From IMG/VR virus record IMGVR_UViG_3300046744_000381, positions 32,001-96,000 of that record: a stretch of DNA of 64,000 bases; one strand, given 5' to 3'. Positions 9,526-18,501 of the stretch are shown here, in pieces. The translations under genes and the position numbers were made by a program. Position 1 is the stretch's first letter, and each line of letters starts with the position of its first letter. Source of the stretch: a virus. The notes below the pieces were generated by a model, which was not told the DNA's origin, made no database searches, and saw nothing but the letters and a program-made list of their open reading frames with translations.

Positions 9526-10084
9526 GGATACAGCCTACTAAGTGTATTCTATTTTCTTTACTGGCATTCATAGCAGTATGCTCGTATCTTGTATCTGTAT
9601 GATACCATTTATTTTTTTCTAAATGTTTTACTTCGTCTCCAATAATCATAAAACAGCCATCTTGTGTTTTCATTGGATAATGTATCCTAGTTGTATTATC
9701 ATTATGCCAGGTTAAACAAGTCTTTGGCTGACTATTCATTATTCTTACTCTGCCAACATTGAATTTTTTTGTAAGAGCATTGTAAACTTCTTCAAACAAT
9801 GTGCCTTTAAATGCTGTGCAAAGTGTAGTAAACTGTTGTTCACGTAACGGTGGTTTACGTAAAGGAGTAATTATTTTACCATCTTCTTCGTATGATTTAT
9901 CCCAATCATACCACAAACTTGCCCTGCCTAATAAAAAATTATCTGGATCTTTTTTGGTGCTGTTCAAACAAATTTGATCCTGACAATCGTCTCGAAACCA
10001 ATGTATGGTTCCGTTATCCATTAACTTATTAAATTCATCATATAATTCAAGAATAGGTAAATCTAATTCTGTATAATAACTCAT
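9515..10084 (-). CDS. Asp/Asn beta-hydroxylase-like Fe(II)/2OG oxygenase
   Basis: RVRIM...LTWHND...RIHYPM...DTRYEHTAMN...RIHL. Confidence 0.7.
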   Translation of the reverse strand: MSYYTELDLPILELYDEFNKLMDNGTIHWFRDDCQDQICLNSTKKDPDNFLLGRASLWYDWDKSYEEDGKIITPLRKPPLREQQFTTLCTAFKGTLFEEVYNALTKKFNVGRVRIMNSQPKTCLTWHNDNTTRIHYPMKTQDGCFMIIGDEVKHLEKNKWYHTDTRYEHTAMNASKENRIHLVGCILDS

Positions 10085-10620
10085 TGCTCTCTCGGTAAAA
10101 TTGTCATTGTTTTTACATTATATTTATTAGCCAACTCTGATGCCTGAAAAATAATTTGTGCTGCTTCTTGGCAGGGAATATAGTATTGTGGTTGTAAAAA
10201 TTTAAGTATTTTTTCAGATCCTACATACCCAAATTTTAGTAACACAGTGGAACAGTGGCACTTGATACTACTTAATTGTAAACTTGCTGCTTCTAAGCTT
10301 GCTTTGTGAGCTGTATACGGATGCGGAAAGTCTTTCATACCGTCAGTGGTATTGCTACCTAAATTAACAATTACTTTTGTTTTATTTTTCCACTTTCGAT
10401 GTAATTCATACAGCATATCAGTTTGATAATAAAGATTATATGCATTGTTGATAAACACATCGCACTCTTCGCTGTCTTTTATAATACGTCTGCGGTCCTC
10501 TGCTAATTTTATATTATAACCTGTGGTCCTACTAAACCCTATAAAATTATCTTTTACTTCGGGCAATTCACTAAAAGCTTTGCCTATACCTGACGTATGT
10601 CCTGTGATTGCATATTTCAT
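10081..10620 (-). CDS. Short-chain dehydrogenase/reductase (short form)
   Basis: AITGHTSGIG, FINNA, VNLGS, YTAHK. Confidence 0.8.
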   Translation of the reverse strand: MKYAITGHTSGIGKAFSELPEVKDNFIGFSRTTGYNIKLAEDRRRIIKDSEECDVFINNAYNLYYQTDMLYELHRKWKNKTKVIVNLGSNTTDGMKDFPHPYTAHKASLEAASLQLSSIKCHCSTVLLKFGYVGSEKILKFLQPQYYIPCQEAAQIIFQASELANKYNVKTMTILPREQ

Positions 10621-11294
10621 TTTACTTCCTTGTCAAACTCGCCTTTAAATCTTAGACTCAAGCCCATTTTCCAATCACAATCCATTCTACCAGTACAATG
10701 AATATGTTTGCTATCAAAAATTATTAAACTACCAGGAGTAAAATCAACAGCAATACCTGATAAATTTTTAAACAATAATCTATCTCGACCACGTGCTTCC
10801 AAACACCTAGTAAACATTTCTTCATCTATATCAACATCAGTTTTATTTTCTACTATGCTATCTTTAAACGGAAATCTACGTTTTTTATTATGTTCAAACT
10901 CTGATGCAGCAGCATACCATTTGCCCATCCAAGTTGCACCACTGCTAAAATCATTTATATATTGATCAAATATACAAAACTTTTGTTCTAAATCATTGTG
11001 TACTTTTAAAGGAATAAGAACATTAAAACAAGGATAATCTATACTTGTATCACAATGTGGAAAATATGGATCATTGTGTTTGTAAATATTATCGCCTATA
11101 TTCTCTAAATTGGTATTGAAGTAATTTGATAAAACAGGTTTTATATTCTCTTGTACAATAGATAAATTCCAAGGATCTTCAATTTTGTACATTCCATTTG
11201 TTAAATGTGTATCTGCAAATCTATTATTGTAAAATTCAACTATAGTATCTATTCTAGTTTGATCAAAAACATCTTCGTAAATCTTATAATGCAT
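10617..11294 (-). CDS. Fe(II)/2OG oxygenase-like protein
   Basis: YFPHCD...NVLIPL...PGSLIIFDSKHIHCTG. Start set at MHYK (11294) by alignment with paralogue 7442..8101. Confidence 0.65.
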   Translation of the reverse strand: MHYKIYEDVFDQTRIDTIVEFYNNRFADTHLTNGMYKIEDPWNLSIVQENIKPVLSNYFNTNLENIGDNIYKHNDPYFPHCDTSIDYPCFNVLIPLKVHNDLEQKFCIFDQYINDFSSGATWMGKWYAAASEFEHNKKRRFPFKDSIVENKTDVDIDEEMFTRCLEARGRDRLLFKNLSGIAVDFTPGSLIIFDSKHIHCTGRMDCDWKMGLSLRFKGEFDKEVK

Positions 11295-12405
11295 CTGATT
11301 TTCTTTTAGGAATTTTGCTATCTGCACTACTTACACAACTTTCTGTCATACAAGGCATTGGTTTATCAAATAACTTAAATCCTGTTTCTATGTTGCCAAG
11401 CGGAACATCGTGGCAAGAGTAACTACGTTTAACACTGCCATCTGGTTCACGTATGATTATACCTTGGTATCCAGCATTGCAACTCCAGCCTTTAAATTTG
11501 TTGAAGTTGAAAGCATTAAAACGTTCAGCTTGATCCATATACCAAGCTTGTCCTTTTGAATCTCTAAATTCTACTTGCATATGCCAAGGCACACTAGCAT
11601 CGGGCTTATACATACTATCCTTAGGTATTTCAAATTTGGGCTTAGGTCTGTCTACAAATTTTCTTTTAGATTCTGTGTAGGCTCGCTGTGGCATTCCGTT
11701 CCACAAACGTTTTAGGTCTTTTTCTTTGTATCCTTCAACCACCTTGCTCGCAGTAGGATCGGATTGCGGTTTAAGGGTAACGTTGATTCCTTGGTTGTGA
11801 AAGAAGAGAGCATTCTCCCAATCACGTTCAAACCATTCTGGTACCATAACTTGATTAATTGTAACTTGTACATCGTGCTCCTGACAAAAAATTAACTTGT
11901 CTGCAAATTCTTGCATCTTCTCTTTGCTATTAACGTGTTCTGTGTGCAGACTTGCTGTTATACTTGCTCTGTGAAAAGCTTTAGCATATTCAACATATGT
12001 TTCAAACCACTTCATTGGACGTGAACAGTTACTTGTCATATGTACACTGGTGTAGTTTGTGTTGTCTACGTCATCAGCCAGATGTTGTAAAATGTCCAAG
12101 TAGCCAGGGTGAAAAGTAGGCTCACCACCACTAAGACTAAAATGATAACTATTAAATCCGTTTTCACGTGCTTGCCTCTTTATCTCATCTATGGTCCGTA
12201 AGCATAGTTCTGTAGGACGGTGGTCTTTACGGTCACTGCGGGCATAAGGCCAACAATAACTACATCTGTAGTTGCAGAATCTTCCGAGGAGCCAACTAAC
12301 AGTGAATATGTCACGATACAACAGGGTACGCTGACCGACACTAACAATGTCGTCAAAAGGTATCTTAGTAAAATCATAGTTACTCCACTTTAAGTCTTCA
12401 GTCAT
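11284..12405 (-). CDS. Radical SAM protein with C-terminal twitch/SPASM-like Cys domain (class B here)
   Basis: CNYRCSYC, SGGEP, MTSN; C-terminal FKGWSC...SC...PC...C. Confidence 0.9.
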   Translation of the reverse strand: MTEDLKWSNYDFTKIPFDDIVSVGQRTLLYRDIFTVSWLLGRFCNYRCSYCWPYARSDRKDHRPTELCLRTIDEIKRQARENGFNSYHFSLSGGEPTFHPGYLDILQHLADDVDNTNYTSVHMTSNCSRPMKWFETYVEYAKAFHRASITASLHTEHVNSKEKMQEFADKLIFCQEHDVQVTINQVMVPEWFERDWENALFFHNQGINVTLKPQSDPTASKVVEGYKEKDLKRLWNGMPQRAYTESKRKFVDRPKPKFEIPKDSMYKPDASVPWHMQVEFRDSKGQAWYMDQAERFNAFNFNKFKGWSCNAGYQGIIIREPDGSVKRSYSCHDVPLGNIETGFKLFDKPMPCMTESCVSSADSKIPKRKSDAL

Positions 12406-12410
12406 AACTT

Positions 12411-12439
12411 ATTATAACACTCCTTAATTTATTTGTCAA
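12411..12439 (-). promoter_or_regulatory. Consensus sigma70 promoter TTGACA-17-TATAAT with extended TG
   Basis: Minus strand reads TTGACA AATAAATTAAGGAGTGT TATAAT AAGTT ATG(12405). Confidence 0.8.
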
Positions 12440-13757
12440 ATATTTTACTGTATTGTGGTGCAACATCAAGTATATTTTGATTTCTTGCTTTATCAAGATA
12501 GTTAGTAAAATTTACAAATTCTTGTAAGTAATCTTTAGCATAATCTTCTTTGTTGGCAAATTTTAAAATACTATCTAAAATATTTACTGCTTTTTCTTTT
12601 ACTAAAGGATCAATTTCGTTGTCTTTTATAATTTTATCTTCCCATAATTTATAATGGAGAAATAATTCTTGCTTTAGTTCTGTACTTAGCAATTTTATAT
12701 TTGTTCTTTTTGGTCCGTGTGCAACGTGGTGTGTAATTATTGGACGTTTTTTTGAACTATTAATTTTTTTAAATCCGCTTTCTTTAAGCTTCCACCACAT
12801 AAATTCTGGTATATGAAAAACATTGTATGCAGTAACAGTGCAAGCAAGCCAAGCAAATATATTTTTATTTTCAATGCATAATTCATCTAACTTTTGTAAA
12901 TTTTTATATGCTTGACTCCATTTTAAAGGCCAACGCTGGTATTCTACCATATCGCCAAAACCATCAATACTTGCGCCTATTCTAACTTGTCCAAAATGTT
13001 CCCACATTTTTAAGACACGAGGAGGCAAACTTGTCATATTTGTATTATATTCTATAATAATTTTTTTTGAATAACCGCTATCGATACATTTTTGTAAAAA
13101 TTCGTAATGCCTTTCGATCATCATTGGTTCACCGCCGGCCATATAAACGTGTTTGATGTTAGGAATATTTTTTTCAATACTATTCCAAAATACATCACTG
13201 CCGTGCCAATCATAATCATTAGTAAATAGTCTTCCTTTTGAATTACGTTCTAATGTTACAGTACCGTGTGTATCAATATAATCATTTGTTTTATGATAAT
13301 CTACCCATTGTTCAAACCAAGTATGGCTATCAGTTGGACCACACATTCTACAAGCAAGATTGCATAAATTACCAAAACGTAAATCATAATATGTTACAGG
13401 TATTTCACTTATTGAACCATCTTCGTCAGTAGCATCTCTTGCTTTATCTATTGTAAAAGTAGGCCAGTTTTGTTGTTCGTATTGACGCCTGCTGTTTAAT
13501 CCTGCTTCTTCTTCTTGTTGACATCTTCCACATTCTTTGCTCCATACGCCATTGAGCATATTCTTTCTTACAGTTTTCATAAGGTCTGCATTACGTGCAT
13601 CTTCTAAAGAATCACGTTGTGCATTATAAGGAGTTCCGTTGCTGTGTCTAATTACTCCCTGATTTTCTGTTACGTTTGCTTGACAACATATACGAATATC
13701 GCCATTGTTTCTTACAGCTTGAAAATTCCAAGGAATTGGACAGAAGGTGTCTTTCAT
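12429..13757 (-). CDS. N-terminal twitch-domain radical SAM protein (class A)
   Basis: N-terminal CPIPW...ICC...CGRC, then CNLACRMC, AGGEP, YNTN, SIDG. Confidence 0.9.
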   Translation of the reverse strand: MKDTFCPIPWNFQAVRNNGDIRICCQANVTENQGVIRHSNGTPYNAQRDSLEDARNADLMKTVRKNMLNGVWSKECGRCQQEEEAGLNSRRQYEQQNWPTFTIDKARDATDEDGSISEIPVTYYDLRFGNLCNLACRMCGPTDSHTWFEQWVDYHKTNDYIDTHGTVTLERNSKGRLFTNDYDWHGSDVFWNSIEKNIPNIKHVYMAGGEPMMIERHYEFLQKCIDSGYSKKIIIEYNTNMTSLPPRVLKMWEHFGQVRIGASIDGFGDMVEYQRWPLKWSQAYKNLQKLDELCIENKNIFAWLACTVTAYNVFHIPEFMWWKLKESGFKKINSSKKRPIITHHVAHGPKRTNIKLLSTELKQELFLHYKLWEDKIIKDNEIDPLVKEKAVNILDSILKFANKEDYAKDYLQEFVNFTNYLDKARNQNILDVAPQYSKIFDK

Positions 13758-13761
13758 CTAT

Positions 13762-13767
13762 TATTTA
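13762..13767 (-). promoter_or_regulatory. T4-late-like TAAATA box 4 nt before ATG 13757
   Basis: TATTTA on + in the 19-nt intergenic gap. Confidence 0.45.
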
Positions 13768-13776
13768 ATAGAAATA

Positions 13777-14427
13777 TTAGTAATGCTTTTTAACTTTGAT
13801 CTTTTGTTTTGGCTTTGTTGGAAACATAAAACCAGTTTCGTGATGCTCTCTTCTATTACGAGTTACATCTTTGTAACCTATTCCCATCATAAGCAAAACA
13901 GGACCATTTAACTCTAAAAGTTTTTCAATAGCATCGCCATCGAAACAAGCACAACAACCAGTACCATAGCCCATCATAGCACTAGTAACATTTGCGTATC
14001 CTGCTGCAATACCTACAGCCATTTGCTGATCTCTTTTAAATGTTTCTTTCTCTGATTCGGAAAGTTCTTTTCCTAAATCCATCTTTAATATTTCGTCATT
14101 TCTAAATACACTCTTATCTCTATTTAGATGCCCGTTATATGCCTCAAAGACAATTAACAAATTAGCTAAAGTTTGGCTGTTTGTTTCACCTTCCATTGTT
14201 ACAAAGTTGGTTGTGAAACCTTCTGTCTTACTGTGGATTGCTTCAATTAAGTTTCTATCGGTAATCATATGTGCTTTGTAAAATGCAACATTTTGTTTGC
14301 TAGGACATTGTGTTATAGCGTGTTGAATAAGATCTAAATCTTCTTGCGGTATTTGCTTTGATAAATCCCAGTTACGCTGACAGTGTTGGCTTCTAATGAC
14401 TGCTTTTTCAATTTGTTTATGATCCAT
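13777..14427 (-). CDS. Nitroreductase-fold flavoprotein
   Basis: RSQHCQRNWDL, CPSKQNVAFY, GYGTGCCACFD; close paralogue of 8105..8755; AGGAG SD. Confidence 0.8.
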   Translation of the reverse strand: MDHKQIEKAVIRSQHCQRNWDLSKQIPQEDLDLIQHAITQCPSKQNVAFYKAHMITDRNLIEAIHSKTEGFTTNFVTMEGETNSQTLANLLIVFEAYNGHLNRDKSVFRNDEILKMDLGKELSESEKETFKRDQQMAVGIAAGYANVTSAMMGYGTGCCACFDGDAIEKLLELNGPVLLMMGIGYKDVTRNRREHHETGFMFPTKPKQKIKVKKHY

Positions 14428-14449
14428 TGTAGTCTCCTGTATACAAACG

Positions 14450-14457
14450 TATTTATT
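14450..14457 (-). promoter_or_regulatory. T4-late-like promoter AATAAATA upstream of the nitroreductase
   Basis: TATTTATT on +, then AGGAG SD (14434-14438) and ATG 14427. Confidence 0.5.
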
Positions 14458-15053
14458 TAATTTTTATTAATTCTTATTTCCTGATACCATTCTTTTACTT
14501 CTTCAATATTTTCGTACATTAAACTTAATTGTTGAGTATTTTGCTTGTAGGTTTTTTTGGTAGGATTATATTTTCCATTTACAAAAGATATTTTATCAAG
14601 GTCTTGTAAAGTATATCTTTCTTTGTAATTAATAAGATGTTTAGTACTTTCAAACTTTTGTATAGAATATTTTAACATATCAAAAAATTCTCTTTTATAA
14701 ATTATATATTGATCGAGTTGCTTTGAAATATTAAAACTATGATAATTTGTTGTTTTAGCTGCTATACCCCAGCTTATAACTTGTCGCCAGCGATCGTTTG
14801 TTTCTGTAACTATTAATGGATTAGAAAATAACCAATCGTAAAAAGTATCTGTGTAATAGCCATATGATAAATCTGGATGAATTATTATTACAGAGTTTTC
14901 CGGAATAGATTTTATTTTATCCTCAATATTTACTTGTGCATTAGGTATTGGAGTTTTAAAATATTCTCCCAAAAATAACATATTATTTTTATTAGCAATA
15001 TGCCTTGCTAAAAAATGAGAACCTGTCCTCGGTTCTCCATATACGATTTGCAA
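14457..15053 (-). CDS. Sulfotransferase-like (P-loop fold) protein
   Basis: N-terminal GEPRTGSHFL (5'-PSB-like), LGEYF, and RWRQVISW (3'-PB-like S). Confidence 0.55.
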   Translation of the reverse strand: MQIVYGEPRTGSHFLARHIANKNNMLFLGEYFKTPIPNAQVNIEDKIKSIPENSVIIIHPDLSYGYYTDTFYDWLFSNPLIVTETNDRWRQVISWGIAAKTTNYHSFNISKQLDQYIIYKREFFDMLKYSIQKFESTKHLINYKERYTLQDLDKISFVNGKYNPTKKTYKQNTQQLSLMYENIEEVKEWYQEIRINKN

Positions 15054-15054
15054 A

Positions 15055-15549
15055 TTATGACAACCTTTCGGTAACTATACTAATAGACTCGCTCACTCCA
15101 TAGACTAAAAAACAAAACTTTATGTTAGATTCATTAACCCAACGTCTATATAAAGAATTATCAAACACTAATGTAGAATTTAATGCACAATTAGTGTTGG
15201 CAAAATGTAATATTTTTTGTTCTCTTGAATAATCAAACAACGGTATGAAAATAGTTGTATTAGAGCCGTTAACTTTATTTGCCGTTTTAAATGAGTTTCT
15301 TTTTGTATTTCCTTCAATTCTATTTGACCCTAGTATGGTAATGTTTAAATCTTTTTCTTTCAGATAATTTGTAATAGGTCTAAGTAAATTTGTATAAGGT
15401 TTCCATCTATGACTTTGATTCTTAGGGTTGTGTGGCAAATACGAGATTCCCTTATCAAAAAGATGATTTTCTGTTGTGACAAATTTTCTTACAGCATCCA
15501 AAGAATCTTTACTCAACATTTTGTAGTTTATGTTTTTTGTGTAGAACAT
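15055..15549 (-). CDS. Hypothetical protein, possibly a degenerate DSBH oxygenase lacking metal ligands
   Basis: TTIFIPL and LVFDNSLYRRWVN resemble strands of the neighbouring oxygenases, but the HxD and distal His are absent. Confidence 0.4.
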   Translation of the reverse strand: MFYTKNINYKMLSKDSLDAVRKFVTTENHLFDKGISYLPHNPKNQSHRWKPYTNLLRPITNYLKEKDLNITILGSNRIEGNTKRNSFKTANKVNGSNTTIFIPLFDYSREQKILHFANTNCALNSTLVFDNSLYRRWVNESNIKFCFLVYGVSESISIVTERLS

Positions 15550-15570
15550 TTTATCCTCAATAGTTTTATA

Positions 15571-15578
15571 TATTTATC
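15571..15578 (-). promoter_or_regulatory. T4-late-like promoter GATAAATA
   Basis: TATTTATC on +, followed on the minus strand by GAGGA SD and ATG 15549. Confidence 0.5.
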
Positions 15579-16797
15579 AGAGGTTACGTAAGTAATCTAG
15601 TTGTCCAGGTTCTAGTTGTGTATCTTCAAAGTATGGCTGAATTTCATTGAACAACCAAGGGTTATGTTCTTTCCAATGTTCATTACGTATAATATTCATA
15701 CGAGTATCATTGCGTAAAAACATTCCAAAATCGCCATCTTGCTCTAATTCTTTAATTAACAGCTCATAGTGAGATTTTGCATCGTATAAGTATGACAAAT
15801 GTTTAGGCATTTTAACATTAGCAATTTTAACTTTTAGCAAATCAATTAATTTGAGCTTTACATCAAAAGGTAAGTTACGTGGCATCATCCAATTAGGACC
15901 ATCAACAATAGCATTTTTTTGATAAAACTGTTCTTTGATGCAAAAGTCAATTAGTTGATAGCACAGATTTACATTATATATAGATGTAACACTATGCACA
16001 GTAGTTGTGTGTTTACCATAATGTTCTTTCATTGTAATCATATTACTTAATGTAGTATTCCATTCGCTTCCTTTACGTAAAAAATCATTAAATTTACCAA
16101 ACTGATCAACGCTTGCTGTCAGGTAAACGCCTTCACATTCTTTTAACAATTGATGCAATATTTCATTTGGTAATAAAGTTCCATTTGTAGTAATATGCAC
16201 AACTAATTTTTCTCTATTACACTTTTGTAATAGCTGTATCATTTTTTCCTGTTCCATCAAAGGTTCGCCGCCTAGGAACTTAATAAATGTTAAATCACTC
16301 ACGTCAGCTGTTTCGATCCATTTGTTTTCGGCAATAATACCACGCTTTTCAAATGGATATCCCATCTTCTTTGCATCACTGTACCATTGTGTGCTTAATT
16401 CAGGTCCACACATTCTACATTTATTATTACAAACATTACTAAATGTTACATCAATGTTTGTAAGTTTAGCAACTTTACCTCTTGTATCATCTGTAGGTAA
16501 ATTTAAAAAATTATATGGAGAGTTATAAATGTCTGTACGCATACTATTACCAGATGTTTTTTCATCTTCGTAACATTTACTGCATCCAGGAATCATTTCA
16601 TCATTTAAAACACTTTCTCTATTTTGTTGCATAAAAGGATGGTTAAAAGGATCCTCTAAAGATAAATTTAAATCTGTTGGAACGTGTTCGTGTCTAAAAT
16701 AACAACAGGGCATAACACGACCGTCTGGACGAATGGCCATATGGTGCATAGGAAGTTGACACGCATACTTTGGCAAATCCGACATTAGCTTTTCCAA
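15577..16797 (-). CDS. N-terminal twitch-domain radical SAM protein (class A)
   Basis: CQLPM...PCC...CSKC; CNNKCRMC; LGGEP; TTNG. The start may be 16785. Confidence 0.9.
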   Translation of the reverse strand: MEKLMSDLPKYACQLPMHHMAIRPDGRVMPCCYFRHEHVPTDLNLSLEDPFNHPFMQQNRESVLNDEMIPGCSKCYEDEKTSGNSMRTDIYNSPYNFLNLPTDDTRGKVAKLTNIDVTFSNVCNNKCRMCGPELSTQWYSDAKKMGYPFEKRGIIAENKWIETADVSDLTFIKFLGGEPLMEQEKMIQLLQKCNREKLVVHITTNGTLLPNEILHQLLKECEGVYLTASVDQFGKFNDFLRKGSEWNTTLSNMITMKEHYGKHTTTVHSVTSIYNVNLCYQLIDFCIKEQFYQKNAIVDGPNWMMPRNLPFDVKLKLIDLLKVKIANVKMPKHLSYLYDAKSHYELLIKELEQDGDFGMFLRNDTRMNIIRNEHWKEHNPWLFNEIQPYFEDTQLEPGQLDYLRNL

Positions 16798-17339
16798 TGA
16801 TCCGGTTGCATTGGGTCTATACTAATTTCATTAATACATAACTGTTTAGGCTGATCAATAACCCATTTAATATATTTTGTAGCTTCGTCAATGTCTATAA
16901 CAGTCCTGTTAGGATGCTTTTCTTGATTATTACTCAATGTTCCAAAACTTATATAACTAATTTTAGGTCCACTGTGCCAAACACCATTTAATCCTAAAGT
17001 GTTTGAATAATCTCTTAATGCTTTCTTTTCTGCATTGTATAACCAGCTGCCGCCTTTTTTTACTCTGTCAGTTGTACTACCAACATTAATAATGTGACAC
17101 CAATGCTTTTCCAACATACATTTATGATAAACGATATTCAATAAAGTGGTTTGATGAAACTTAAATAACGCACTGCAATTTATAAAAACATCGTGTTCAC
17201 ATACACGTTCTGCTAATCTTTCTTGATCTAGTTTACGTGCTAAATCATATCCTGTGGTTTGGCTGCAAAATTCTGCATCCGGATACAATTTGTGTAAGGC
17301 TTGAGAAATGCCTGTTTCTTTGTTACCCGTTATAATCAT
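16785..17339 (-). CDS. Short-chain dehydrogenase/reductase (short form)
   Basis: IITGNKETGIS, FINCS, INVGS, YNAEK. Confidence 0.75.
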   Translation of the reverse strand: MIITGNKETGISQALHKLYPDAEFCSQTTGYDLARKLDQERLAERVCEHDVFINCSALFKFHQTTLLNIVYHKCMLEKHWCHIINVGSTTDRVKKGGSWLYNAEKKALRDYSNTLGLNGVWHSGPKISYISFGTLSNNQEKHPNRTVIDIDEATKYIKWVIDQPKQLCINEISIDPMQPDHWKS

Positions 17340-18501
17340 CTAGTACCTCTGTTTGTAAATGGTTACCAAGAACTTCTAAATATCTATCTTTATGCATACT
17401 CTTAGGAGCACACAATCCGCAACCGCAAGTCATTTTAGGACAAATAATAGTTGGCATAGTGTTAGTTTTCATTTTTTGTTTTAAATCTTCAATAATTTTT
17501 TTGCCTTCACTAAGTTTTCCAATACGCCCACGTTTACCGTGTTCAAATTTTGCTTGGCAAGTTTGATGATGATAAACACTATCAGTTTGTTGTTCGATAT
17601 GTAAGAAAAACCAATTAACACTACAACTCCAGCCTTTAAACTCTCTAAAGTCTACAAAATTACTTTTGCGACTTTTTGCACCTGCGTGTAACAACATATC
17701 TCTGCTGCCGCAACAAGGACGTCCAATACTGTTGCCAAGTTTTTTCTTTTCATTTTTCTTTTCACCGGCTGCACTCAAAACTTTGCTTATTTCTTTTTCA
17801 TCATTTTTCTTTTCATTTTTTACACGCCAATAATCTTTAAACCAAGCAAGTTGTTCATCATTATACTTGTGTGCAAAACTAGGACGACTATCCGGTTCTT
17901 CGCCGATCACTCTCGGAACATAGTCAACTTGGTGCTGTTCCAAGAAATTACATAATTCTTTACACTCGTCAAAGTATTCAGCGTGGAACATTACGTTTAC
18001 ACTTACAGTAAAATTATGATTTTGACCTTGATAATGAAATTGTAATATTCTATCCTTAACTTGTTGTTTAAGTTTTTGGTCGCTTTCACTATGATAACTA
18101 ACAGTGGCGTGATCAAAGTTTTGCATAACCGCAACACCCATTTTTTCGCCCATTGCACCGTTGGTTGTTAGAGCAAATCCACATTCCCATTTATCTTTAT
18201 ATTTTGTATCATATTCTGTTCTAAGATATTGAGCAAATGGAATAAAATTAGGATTTACTGTCGGTTCTCCTCCTGTAAATCCAATATTTGCTATTTTACT
18301 TTTTCTGTATTCAAGATGTATATCGATATATTCGTATAAAAAATCTACATTATTTTTTAATTCTTCAAGTGTTGCGTGTGCTGAAAAATTATCGTGCCTA
18401 TGTACTGGACAATAGCTACAATCATAATTGCATCTGCGTCCAGTATCCCAAGTAACCTGAAAGACGTGACCTGTAAGTAGGTCTATAGTATCAAAACTCA
18501 T
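17323..18501 (-). CDS. Radical SAM protein with C-terminal Cys-rich auxiliary domain (class B)
   Basis: CNYDCSYC, TGGEP, TTNG; PCC, FKGWSC, TC, CPKMTCGCGLC. Confidence 0.9.
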   Translation of the reverse strand: MSFDTIDLLTGHVFQVTWDTGRRCNYDCSYCPVHRHDNFSAHATLEELKNNVDFLYEYIDIHLEYRKSKIANIGFTGGEPTVNPNFIPFAQYLRTEYDTKYKDKWECGFALTTNGAMGEKMGVAVMQNFDHATVSYHSESDQKLKQQVKDRILQFHYQGQNHNFTVSVNVMFHAEYFDECKELCNFLEQHQVDYVPRVIGEEPDSRPSFAHKYNDEQLAWFKDYWRVKNEKKNDEKEISKVLSAAGEKKNEKKKLGNSIGRPCCGSRDMLLHAGAKSRKSNFVDFREFKGWSCSVNWFFLHIEQQTDSVYHHQTCQAKFEHGKRGRIGKLSEGKKIIEDLKQKMKTNTMPTIICPKMTCGCGLCAPKSMHKDRYLEVLGNHLQTEVLDDYNG

